A DNA stretch of 64,000 bases from assembly GCF_000143415.4 (NCBI RefSeq), contig NW_003314346.1, forward strand, positions 245,950 through 309,949. The letters run 5' to 3'. The notes beneath the pieces were generated by a model, which ran no database searches, had not been told where the DNA came from, and saw only the letters and a program-made list of their open reading frames with translations. The stretch is from Selaginella moellendorffii. Lineage: Eukaryota > Plantae > Lycopodiophyta. Below are positions 23,344-35,143 of the stretch, piece by piece (positions within the stretch are counted from its first letter, which is position 1; every line of letters begins with the position of its first letter). Position numbers and translations under genes: made by a program.

Positions 23344-26300
23344 ATAATGGCCCAAACTCAAAGATTAATAGATGGAGAATATCAAAGTCAAAGACAATGA
23401 TACTAATAGACTTAATTATCAGTGAATAAATTTTATATTAGAACACAAAAATATTCTAAGTAAGTTATCATCTAATAAACCAGTATTAAAGGATGGGAAC
23501 TAGCAAAATCATTATAGTTGGAAAACATAGGATTCACTATCCAACAAAATTTAATAGTCAATGTATCATCAAGAACACCCAATAACAAAACTTAATTATG
23601 AAAAAGTTCAAATAACATATTAAACAACTTATATAACTCAAAGAATACAGAGTATCATTGATTGACAAGCAAAATGCTCGCAAATGTATTGCCCAAAGGA
23701 AATAACATTTAATTTATCAGAATCAACTAATAACAATAATTAACAGAAAAGAATGAGTGTGGTAAGATTAATAAAAATTCGTTCATGCCAACTATTACAC
23801 TACCCAATCTGAATATATTTTGATCAATAATACCAAGGAACCAGAGTTGCTCAAGCAAGGATTAGCAACATTCTACTGATATCTCAAATCTAAGAAACTA
23901 ATTCAGAGTAAACCACAAAGAACATATGGTAATGCAAAAAGCCAAAAGTTATCAAAGAGAACAATTAACCATTATGAAAGAACATCAATCATCTCATCAA
24001 TAAAGAAATGTATAATCATTATTGAAGAAACAATCTATCATCACAAATCACTCAACACTAACAATAATTTAGTCAAATCTTTGACAAGGATAATCAACTA
24101 TCCTAAATGATAATTAATCATCATCAATGATTGCTAGATGCAAATACTAACTTCACTATCAAAGCTAATGAGTCAAAATGCCTTCTTCAACAACTCTTAA
24201 CAAATGGAACAATGAGTATAAGACTCAAAAAAACAAAAGCTCAAAGAAGTCTATAGCCAAGTCTTGCCTAATAATGATCATAAGTCTCACATAAACTAAT
24301 CTCAATGTTAAAGAAGAAATCATAGTACAACCCACAATATCCTCCTCAACACATCTATAAGTTAAAATTCATAATGCAAAGCTAATGAAGAGCATATTTG
24401 CATCAATCCAAAAGCCAAGCACAATAAAGTTATACTCAACAAGTGGTCATCAAATTGATCCTCCATAAATCCATCTATAGCAAAACGTATAACTCACTTG
24501 ATAATAAATACAAGAAGAATCATTAATGATCAATATATCCTAACTCAAATATAACAAGGAACCAACATCTTTAATATTAATTACTAACTCTTCATCTCGT
24601 AAAGCTAGCATAGTCCATGACTGAATCACTTTTCAAGGAAAAGCTCAAAGCTTAAACTTTACTAAATAATTTTATCTAGAACACAACTAATTCAACTTGC
24701 CATTTAGTTTTTTTGAATGTTAATACAGTTGTTAACTAGTAAATACATGAATGCCAACAACACAAAGCTAAAACTAAATCATCAACACTATTTACATCAA
24801 GATTAATGAAACTCAATATTAATCCGACAAAAAGACATTTCATTTTATTCGAATCCCAACATCAACAATGTCAACAACAAGGTATCACTTTAATGCCATC
24901 AACACCAGAATAAAGCTAGAAGAAAGCAAGAGTGAATCACCACTCAAAATTCTTTAGCAACTATGCTAACTAATGTCAAAGATATTTTACTCAGTATCCG
25001 AGATTAATCCTTCAATAATACTCAACTACATATAACATATAAACAAGGAGTGATTCACCAAGCCCAAGACTCAATATAATCCAACACCACGGACTAAACA
25101 CAGCCAAATGATTTGCACTGCCTTCAATCCAATCTAAGAAAAGTTTATAAGAAAGCACGGCGATGACTACTTGAACCAATAGACTAATCCCTATAGTCTT
25201 AATTGATCCACTTAAAATCATGCTTAGGAAGGATCCACTAATATTGTGCTAAATAGCTACGGACCAGCTTATTTGCCACTCTTAACAAATTGTTGCGAAT
25301 GTGAATTCGAATATCAAAAGATATTTATCAGCCAGTCCTTATGGACACCCTTTCCTTACTACCATGACGGCAAGAGGTCAATACAATTGGATCCCTTTAG
25401 TAGCCTCTTTTCAAGACAATCTCTACAATCCGTAGATATGCCAAATGAATGAAATTAGACACTTTCTATAAATAATATTTGGGACCGGAATGAGACTAAC
25501 ACAAAGGGCATGATAGCGAGATGTTTGGCAAACATAGTAAGCTATCATTGAATAATATTGAGGGACTAGTCTCAATACACAAATTCTTGTCACTAGTCAG
25601 TGCAAGACATAATAAGATGGGAACTCCTTACCAAGGTAAGTATGCTTAGTTAATAGCACATAGAAATTCCATCCTTATGCTCATCCAATCTAAGTACACT
25701 CAAAATGCCCAATTAACTCCACTAGCACAACAAAATGGTGTTCGTCATATATCTAAATTCACAATCTAAGGACATTCCATATTTAGTAAGTTTCAAGCTT
25801 GTTCTAGAGACTAACTCCTGGTACTAAGGAAGGCTTGGGGTGAAAGCCCAAAGCATATGTTCAAGGAGGGGGGGATATAGGGGGTTCCAATGTATAGTAG
25901 GGATAGTGGTTAGAATGCATAGTTCCACTACTTGAAACATTAATTTGGCTCTTACTAGGCTATGTTGCTCCTTGTTTTGCATCTGGCTTGGGTTTACACC
26001 TAAGTTCCACACTCCTCTAGTTGGTGGGGTACCCTCTTCCTTGCATTAGGCCATTTATATGCCAAAATTGGGCGAAACACTGTCTAACCTCATTTCATGG
26101 CATAACAAGCTTGGAGTTAAACTCCAAATTCATGTGGGGCTGGGTAGTTTTTGAGTTGAGCTCAAGTCAATGAAAGTCAACGAAAGTCAAAGGAAGTCAA
26201 TACAATCCCCTAACTAGCGGAAGTTTAATGGCATTACCTTAGTTCGTCCCGAACCAAGAATTTTTAACATAAAATCTAGGTGTTTAAGGTATTCCATAAG

Positions 26301-26658
26301 CTCATGTAGATTATTGGTTCGACATGAACTAATCTTTTAGTCTACAAAAAAAGAAAATAATATATTAAACAATATAATTTATATTAAAATCAGAATATAT
26401 TAAATCTTCTTCTGCTTCCATATCCAGAAAAGTAGAAATGGGTATAGTGGAATGCTCCTTCACTATAGGCTCGTGTTGTATATAATGTTGTGCCATACGT
26501 TCAGCATAAATAGGTAAGTGGAATTGACTTCGGTCCATATGATCATCTAAATCATCAAGATCAAGTGTGTGGACTGAAACACTGTGTGTGATAAGTGTAG
26601 ACCTAATAAAATAGAAACATTTGAGAATAAATATTATAGATTATTTCAAGCACTAACA

Positions 26659-29600
26659 TCACCTGTCGCAAAATCTCATAAGAATGTCCTCAAAGGCACC
26701 CTCCTTCTCAAGTGCAAAAACTGCTCGGCCTGTCTCTTTTGCTGCCTGCACCATTGATCCAAATCCTGCTGTAGCATCAAGCACAATCCCCCTTGGCGGA
26801 CAGAATAACTCCAACAAGATTTGCATGGCCGTGACCGAACGATGTTGATAACCTAGGGAACGCTGGGTGAAGAACGTTCGAGTCAATCACATTTGGGATG
26901 ATGTCTGTAGAGCTGTCNNNNNNNNNNNNNNNNNNNNNNNNNNNNNNNNNNNNNNNNNNNNNNNNNNNNNNNNNNNNNNNNNNNNNNNNNNNNNNNNNNN
27001 NNNNNNNNNNNNNNNNNNNNNNNNNNNNNNNNNNNNNNNNNNNNNNNNNNNNNNNNNNNNNNNNNNNNNNNNNNNNNNNNNNNNNNNNNNNNNNNNNNNN
27101 NNNNCATACTCGAAAGAAGGCAGCCAGATGAAAACTCAACAAATCCATCATCGTTGTCAGCCAAGTGTGCGAGAAGGCCTTCCCACATTAGAGAGCAAGG
27201 AAGGATCATGACAACCACACCCTTGTATGTCATGAAGCTGCTCGCAACCTTTAAGGCTTGGGAAATGTGTTGGACCTGCAACACATTCCATGATGGAGTA
27301 TCCCCCTGCGGTGGTGGCATCCCATCGGGAAGATCGAAAAAGATGAAATCGATCTTCCCATAAGGTGTGAGCTGACCCAAACCATGGATCCACCGATCAA
27401 GCATGTAGAGCTCCCAACTAGTAGCATCTAAAAGCTGTGTGTAATCCCCAATGAGAACAGCAACTTCCCCAACACTGGCCGTTGGGGATAGAGGGCGAAC
27501 CTGAAAATCAACTATTAGAACTTGAAGATAAAATTCATGCTTACTAACCTGTTTATGCATTGCTGCAAAGGAGAGCTCTTCTAGGTCGTCATTTGTAGCC
27601 GTAGGGAGGGATGGGAAGAATGTCTTAGTCTGCCGAAAAGACTGATGGCTGCTCTTTGCAACATCTATAAAAAAAAAAGTGAAGTCAAGAATGAATAAAA
27701 GAATGTTCCAAATCAAAGTCCTTACTCTCATGAAAGGCTTCATGACGGCCCCTTCGGGGGTTGCGAGGAGCAGGTGCTGGAATCTCTTGTGCTGGAATTT
27801 CCTGTACAGTTTCCTCTGGTTCAACGGTATTTGAATTTGGCATCTCCTGAATGGTTTCCTGAGTGCTGACTCCTAGGTTTAGTTGTTGAACTTTAACAAC
27901 GTCGTTATCACAGTCAGAAAGAGCCTCTGGAAAATAAGAATATAACTCAAGGTTAATATTTCCTAGCTAAGTGCTGAGTTTCAAGTGAACTTGGATGACA
28001 TTCAAGGTAGAGATCTAGCTCGAAGTCCGATGTTGGCATCTGCTCCACGAGTTCAAGGTACGACGGGCATAGCTCCCTCTCATGTGTACAAGGACAGTAG
28101 AACTCTGGCTCATACATCCCAAGCTTCTTGCCTCTAGTCAGGAGCTTCTGCAAAACACCGGTTGTGTATACCGGTGCGCCGGGGCAATATTTTAAATATC
28201 TACAAAGTAAAACAAAAATATAAATACCAATATATAAATGAGAATTGAAAAAATACCTGTAAACCATGCGCCTCGCAAGAAATGGTTGTCCTGGTTGGTT
28301 CTTGAACTCAACCGAACTCGTCCCACCACGTGGAAGCCAACCATTCCCTAGCTCCGCAAGACAAGCACAAATATATTCTTCGAGAGTGATACCTGTGCAA
28401 GTGCTGGAAAGAAACTTCTCATCCCAGACTTGTAGCATCTCCTCACCAGCGGCAATACTCTGAGAAATGTACGCCTTCTCCTTCATCACCTTCTCCATCC
28501 TTATCTCACAGCGTTTTTCGTTGTTTCGCAGCCAAGTGTTGAGAAGTTCCAAGCAAACACTTTGTTCAGCAAAGGACATTTTACTCTTTGAGATGTTGTA
28601 AATGAGTTCCTCCGGTGCTTTACCAGTTCCTACACACACAAGGAGTTATGAAATGTTTCATAAATTTTATAAGAACTTACGAACACGAGAACAAATCTCG
28701 GCAATGCTATCAAGCCATTCCTGCCCGCGTCGTATGCCTGCAATCGAGAGCAACTTTTTCACCTTTGTTCTCTTCGTATTCAAAATTCGCTGCTCAATCG
28801 CATGCCACTCCATCTCCTTTTGTTGCTCGTCTCCTTGGGCATTTTTAAAGAATGACGCTCTTTTTCCTTTGATTATGGGCTGCAAGAAACATTATGTAAG
28901 TCGATACATACTTCAATACTAATTTACCTTCGCCCAGACAGCAACTAGAAAGTCAAGTGGCAGTTGGTACCAAGTCTGCAATTCTTGGCCTTTCCTAGCT
29001 GCTAGCTTCACTCGAATTGCTTCAAATACCTCACGATTGTACAAAGTTTGGACCTCCTCTAGCGAGAGCATGCCAATAAATTGAAGGTGCTCAATGTCAT
29101 GTACCAATGTATGAGCTTGAAACGCAAATTGGTTTAGCTTGCAAAAACACGATATTAGCTAAGTTTACAAAAAATAAACTCTTATATGTTGATCTTATGG
29201 CATGCCATGTTGAGCTTCACAGTGTGCTCCCGAGTCATTGGTTTGACAAGTGTGGTTCNNNNNNNNNNNNNNNNNNNNNNNNNNNNNNNNNNNNNNNNNN
29301 NNNNNNNNNNNNNNNNNNNNNNNNNNNNNNNNNNNNNNNNNNNNNNNNNNNNNNNNNNNNNNNNNNNNNNNNNNNNNNNNNNNNNNNNNNNNNNNNNNNN
29401 NNNNNNNNNNNNNNNNNNNNNNNNNNNNNNNNNNNNNNNNNNNNNNNNNNNNNNNNNNNNNNNNNNNNNNNNNNNNNNNNNNNNNNNNNNNNNNNNNNNN
29501 NNNNNNNNNNNNNNNNNNNNNNNNNNNNNNNNNNNNNNNNNNNNNNNNNNNNNNNNNNNNNNNNNNNNNNNNNNNNNNNNNNNNNNNNNNNNNNNNNNNN

Positions 29601-30930
29601 NNNNNNNNNNTGAGGGCCATTCCACACCATTTTCTGTAACACTTTACTGACTGTCCGTTCTTGAGCTTGGATAATCATGTCCCGAACACGATCATTCAAG
29701 ATGGTGTCAGAATCATGCATGCATAATCCCTCACCACCACTAGCTCCCCTTGCACCACCAGCCTGAGGAGCAGTAGGAGCAGCTACCATGCACCCAGTAG
29801 CCTCTGTAGTAGATCCACCTACAACACTACCAATAACGTCCTCAGCTGGTTCATCGACCTGGCCGCGAACAGCCTCAGCAACCGAAGGCACAGCACCCCC
29901 ACCACCGCCAACATCAGATACAAGTACCCCACCACCAGTACCCACAGCCTCAGAAGCACCAGTACCAACAGCCTCAATAACACCAACATCGATTTGAGTG
30001 TTCATCTCAACATCCACGTCATTGTTATGCTCATTGTTGCCTCCAGCATGACTAGCCGAAACTTCATTGGATACTTGAGATGAATCTCCACTCAATCAGC
30101 CAAGCCCACAGCGATCAAGGCGGCTGCCTTTTCCTGGAGATCGAGACCATTGAGGCTGGCCTTGGCGCTTCCTCTAAAATAAAATGCAAAACTATTATAA
30201 CATCTAACTTGTAATATAAAGAAAACCTGTGGCATTTTAAGTTCAAGTCCCTTGTTGGAAGTTTTAAGCAGTCAAGCTTGATTTATATCTGCTCTCACAA
30301 GAAAATTTTGTAAGTAAAAGATGTGAAAAATAGATTGTAAACTACAAGAAATGCAAAGGAAAAAAACATAAGTCACTGGGAGAGGTTGGTTCGCGCGAGA
30401 ACTGACCTCACCCTACCTCTCGAGAAAAAGGAAAAACACAACAAGAATACTGGAGAGGTCGGTTCGCGCAAGAATCGACATCTTCCACCCTCTACTTTTC
30501 ACATGAAATGCCCCATCAAGTCAATGAAATAAAAAAAAAAACCTTGAAGATGTCGGTTCGCACAAGAACCGACATTTTAATCTCTCTCTGTTTTCTAAAA
30601 TATAGAAATCTCATTACTAGAAACATGAAAAAAATCAAGAAAGCTCGCTTCTAGAAAAAATGAAGGTGGGGAGACGTCGGTTCGCGCGCGAACCGATCTT
30701 TCCCACCCCTTCAATAAGGAAAAAAAAAAAAAACAAGGTAGAGATGGGCAAAAAGCTAAACAGAAAATGAAATAGAATGCTAGGAGATGTCGGTTCGCAC
30801 AAGAACCGACATCTCTATCCCTCAAGAGAAAACAAAAGTTGAGAAAATAGAATGGAAGAAAGAAAGTGAGAAGACGTCGGTTCGCGTGCGAACCGACCTT
30901 CTCAAGGAAGCATACCTTGTTTGAGGAGTG
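26659..30930 (-). CDS. MULE cargo gene: ParB-like domain (largely in N gap) + beta-class N6A/N4C DNA methyltransferase-like domain; multi-exon, intactness uncertain
   Basis: VLIGDY..KIDFIFFDLPDG (motif IV-like, 27324-27335) before ELFCPPRGIVLDATAGFGSMVQAAKETGRAVFALE (motif X/I/II); ParB part inferred from copy 3. Confidence 0.78.
30382..30904. repeat. Array of six palindromes GTCGGTTC-N6-GAACCGAC in predicted first intron (30174-30915) of the cargo gene
   Basis: Copies at ~30382, 30455, 30548, 30670, 30784, 30870. Confidence 0.9.
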
Positions 30931-31129
30931 TCTTGAAGCACATTGCTTGATTGAAGCCCCTTTCGCTTGCCCTTCCTTGCTCAAGTGCGCCTTTCTCTTG
31001 CCCTTTGCTGCTCAAACCCTAGGCGTAAAACCCTAAAAATCAACAGACGTGATCAATAGTCACGAACAATGGCCATGATTTTCATTCTCTTTGATGGTGA
31101 TCAATGGACACAATCTTTCAATGTTTTAG

Positions 31130-31611
31130 ATATTAAGATATGTATAATTGATCGTGAGAGGAATAATATTGTTGAAATGAATGTGGTTATGAGTGAGAAG
31201 TGCTAGTCAATCACAAAAGTTGTAGCATTGATTGTTTGTTTTCCCTCTCATCTCCATGCTCTCTTCCCTTCAAGAGAGTTTCATTCTTTTGTGACGAGTG
31301 AGAGAGACTCAAGCTTAGGCGTTAGGATCCNNNNNNNNNNNNNNNNNNNNNNNNNNNNNNNNNNNNNNNNNNNNNNNNNNNNNNNNNNNNNNNNNNNNNN
31401 NNNNNNNNNNNNNNNNNNNNNNNNNNNNNNAACGCGTCACTTCTCTAAATGTCAACCAATGAAACTCTCTTGCAGGGAAGAGAGCATGGAGATGAGAGGG
31501 AAAACAAACAATCAATGCTACAACTTTTGTGATTGACTGGCGCTTCTCACTCATAACCACATTCATTTCAACAATATTATTCCTCTCACAATCAATTATA
31601 CAATTAATATA
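31130..31611. repeat. Foldback/MITE-like inverted repeat between the two MULE genes (centre in N gap)
   Basis: ~31140-31290 is the reverse complement of ~31455-31600; an ungapped version occurs at 56954-57162. Confidence 0.75.
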
Positions 31612-31773
31612 GGTGGCTTTTTAAGATTCTCATATCTCTCTAGATTCTAAACGGTTGTATATTTTGTTAAAATAATTAACTTGTCCTTTGCAAGGACATA
31701 GCTAATTAATGCTCACAATACAGAAGAATATCTTTGTTCTTTCTTGTCAGTTTCTCCCCAAATTTTTTTCTAA

Positions 31774-34700
31774 GTGCTCGAGCAAAGAGAAGATATGAGA
31801 GAATTCTATTTGAAATTCGATCAAGAGCCTCCAATTGTTTTCTCTAAGAGTGTTATAGGAGAGAGCTTCCTCTGCAGAAGATTCAAGCTGAAGCCAGGAT
31901 CAGTTAGTTTGGAGAATGTATGTCGTGATAAGGGTAATCAGATAGAAAAATCCATTCTTCTTGACAGTGGTGTGGGAGAGAATGGGATTCAATGGGATCT
32001 TGATAGATGTACAGGTCAGAAGATTCTAGTTACAGGATCTCTGAAGCGAAGAGAGGAGAGCGCATCAGTTTCACAGCCAACTGTGTAAGGAGTGAAGGAT
32101 GAAGTTATTATTCTCTCTAGTGACGAAAATGAAGAAGATGAGCTTCCCGACATAGCTTCCCAGACAAGTAGGTGTGTTCCTTCTGGACCAGTTTTTGAAG
32201 TGGTGGATAAGGCATTTCGGCAATCTCGATCATTACGGTTGGAATTGAAGGAGTTCCAGTACATGAGAGGTGAGGAACTTCCTTCTTCCTATAATGGGAA
32301 TATATTCTTCGAGTTTCCACCAGCAAGTTCGTCAAGTAGGAAAAGGGGTATGGAGATGCGTCTTGATCCACATAATTGGTGTAGAGTAAAGACGACCCAC
32401 TTCTCTCATTTCGATGGATCTGTGTCCATAGTCCATTGTGGTGGACAGCTTCAGTGTGTCGCTGAGAAATGCATTTCTAATCATGGCAAGAATATGTGTT
32501 TCTTTGAAGGCTCAGCGATCAATCCCCCTAGGCGTGATGAAGCTGCTACAGGATTTAGATGTTGCAAATGTGGGGCAACACCTGTGTGTCAAGCATGTTG
32601 TGATGCGAAAATGTATTATTTTCTTCCACGGGATGGATGTTTAGGCAGAGCAGCAGTGCATGTTGGATACCATCAACATGCAATCGAGAAAGGAATCCGC
32701 CGTGATTCTTTTTGCAATTTGAAGGCTGCTGTTACTACAGAGGCTAGGAAGAAAAGTGCAGCAACTCCAAAGTGTGTTCAACAGCCTATACTAAAGGACT
32801 ATGTAGTGGACATGTTGCTACAATCTGATAGCAAAAAAGAGTTCATGGAGAATAGCTTGAAGGACCTACTTCGAAATATAGAACCCATGACAAATTTAAA
32901 CAGGTATAAATTTAACACTTAACTCTACTTTATCACTAATAACACTCTTTTTTTTGGTAGAATAAAGAACTGGATGCGAGAAGGGTGAGATGGAAAGCTT
33001 CAATCTGGATTGGATAGGATTTTGGAGCTAAAGAGAAAATGTCCCTATGAGTTTATTCATGGGAGCTTATTCGTTGGCCAAGTGACTTTAAACAATCAAC
33101 GCCCTTTCATCTTTAAGATGTCTACCCTTGGTCCTGCATCTGGTGTGGACCTTGTACAACGAATGGATATGGATGGAGATGGGGATTTGGCTAATTCCTG
33201 GATCCATTTTGACCATATGAAACGAGTTTCAGGCTGGTCAACAATGGGAGCTCATGTTTATGATCACAAGTATGTGGTTTTTCATTTTTTAAGGATCCAT
33301 ACCGATTTACATTATAACCATTCTTTCTATAGGTTGCAGTGCAATTTGACTATAGCTATAGCCGAATTCAAGGTTCAAGATTTTCAAGCACAAACCATCT
33401 TTTGGACATGTATGTCCGAGGTTGTTGAATAGCGAACTGGGAAGAAACCCAACTTTCGTGGTTTCATGGCAGATGCAGCTGGTGCTAACTGGTTGGCTGT
33501 ACAACAAGTATTCGGAGGTGATAAAAGTTAGCCATTACAAGGTAGAGAGAAGAGTTGTGAGTTTCATTGGGCAAAGAGCGTCAATGAACATTGCCGATGC
33601 ATCAAGTCTACCTTCCATCACGAGTTCAAGCAGCTTTGTCGGGAATGGATGGATGCACCAACTAAAGAGGAGCATGAGGCAAAGGCAAATGAAATGCGTA
33701 TATGGTGGCATGAAGGAGACAAAGTGCCAATTGAAAACCTTCCACAAATGGAATGCTGGCTTGCATGGTGGGAAATTCGAATGTTTCAGTGGGGTCATTA
33801 TACTCTCCATGTAAGCTTTCTCTCATTTTCTTTTTTGTCACATTCAAATGTTGCATTTTTTGTAGGATCAACTACTTGATGATATTGCACTTACACCAAC
33901 AATTAATCTCTCTGAAAGCAAACATTGGAGTTGGAGAGCTTCCGAAGCAGGGAAAGGAAAAGTGTCCCTCTATGAAGCTACACTCTCCGACCTCACTAGA
34001 TCTCTTGAGCAGTCATCAAAAGCTTTGGCTGCACAAGAAGCAAGGTTTGCTGGTACAGGTCCAAACTTAGACAGGCTTCAAGAACGGGTTGGTAGAAGGA
34101 CAACACCAGCAGCAGGGTCAATGTCTAAGATGGTGGAGGAAGTTGTTGCTGGAACTCCTATGAAATCAAGTTATGAACCACTTGGGGACATGAGAATAGC
34201 CCGTATGAAGCGTCGACAGACATTTGATGGGTCAAACATCACTCCTTCTAGCTCTCACCGTCCAGAGTTTGACTACCATTCTATTCCACGACACCGGAAA
34301 AGAACTAAGGAACATGGGGTGGAGGAGGTGCCAGTTGTTACACAAGTAAGTCCAGTGCCAGAGGTTGAAAAGGTTATTTCTCGTGAGCCAGTTTCTCGTA
34401 TCAACTGGGCAATTCGAAGAGTCAGTGCCAAGAGCAATGCACGTTGCTCTGGAATGATTGGGAGTCGAGGTCAGTGTCCCGCTTTTGTGCACTCAGGTTC
34501 AAGTTCTTCAGCAGTGCCATGTTTCTGGGGCTGTCAAGATCTAGGAGTGAAGGGCCGCCAGTCAAGCTGGATTTACTGTTGTGGGACTGATGTTACTCAT
34601 ACAAGCCGGATCCACAGCTCAATTATTTTGAAGCCAGATTCTGTGCCAGAGGAGTGGCTAGTTGAGCGAAGCTGCAATCTTTTGAAAGAAGAGATTGAAA

Positions 34701-35143
34701 GTTTGGAGAGAGCAGGTTTCAAGCTAAAGACTTCCTCAAATGTTGCTGTTAGTACTGCTATGCCACCAATATCAACACTAGACTAGCATACACGACCAGC
34801 TAGGAATGGGAAGGTTGTACAATATAGGTCTTCCATTTCAAAAGGTGCACAAGAGAAGATCAAGCTGGCAAAAGAGCTAAAGTGCACAATCACAAAGACA
34901 AACTACATCAGTGCTATGGCTAAGGAGTTTATTATTGTGACTGAGTCATCAAAGGGTACGAGCTGCGAAAATCCATCATGTACCTGTCTAGATTTTACAC
35001 AGCGGGAGAACAGGGGAAAGGTATATTTAGCCTGCAAGCACATTTATTACATTTTTATGTAGGAACTAAACCAAGATCCTAAGATTGACCTTCACATCCA
35101 CTAGGCAAGCCTCATAGTTGCAGAGCTTGAGAAGTGTTTTTAG
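31774..35143 (+). pseudogene. MULE transposase (Cys/His-rich GCM-like N-terminus, DDE core, C-terminal SWIM finger), with premature stops
   Basis: HFDH, FMAD, CEFHW, NLSESKH, CTCLDF..ACKH; introns 32904-32960, 33270-33332, 33811-33865; in-frame stops e.g. 32086, 33430, 34784. Confidence 0.88.

Noticed and set aside
23344-25290. A-rich strand-biased region, perhaps an ancient retroelement
   Set aside because: No recognisable motifs or termini
27327-27360. GGGAAGATCG...CGATCTTCCC inverted repeat over the MTase motif-IV codons resembles the copy-3 array arms
   Set aside because: Lacks the GGTTC/GAACC core, spacing differs, and it is absent in copy 2; probably coincidence
29107-29650. Long X-containing ORFs
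   Set aside because: Artefacts of N gaps (also at 26918, 31331, 45368, 47047)
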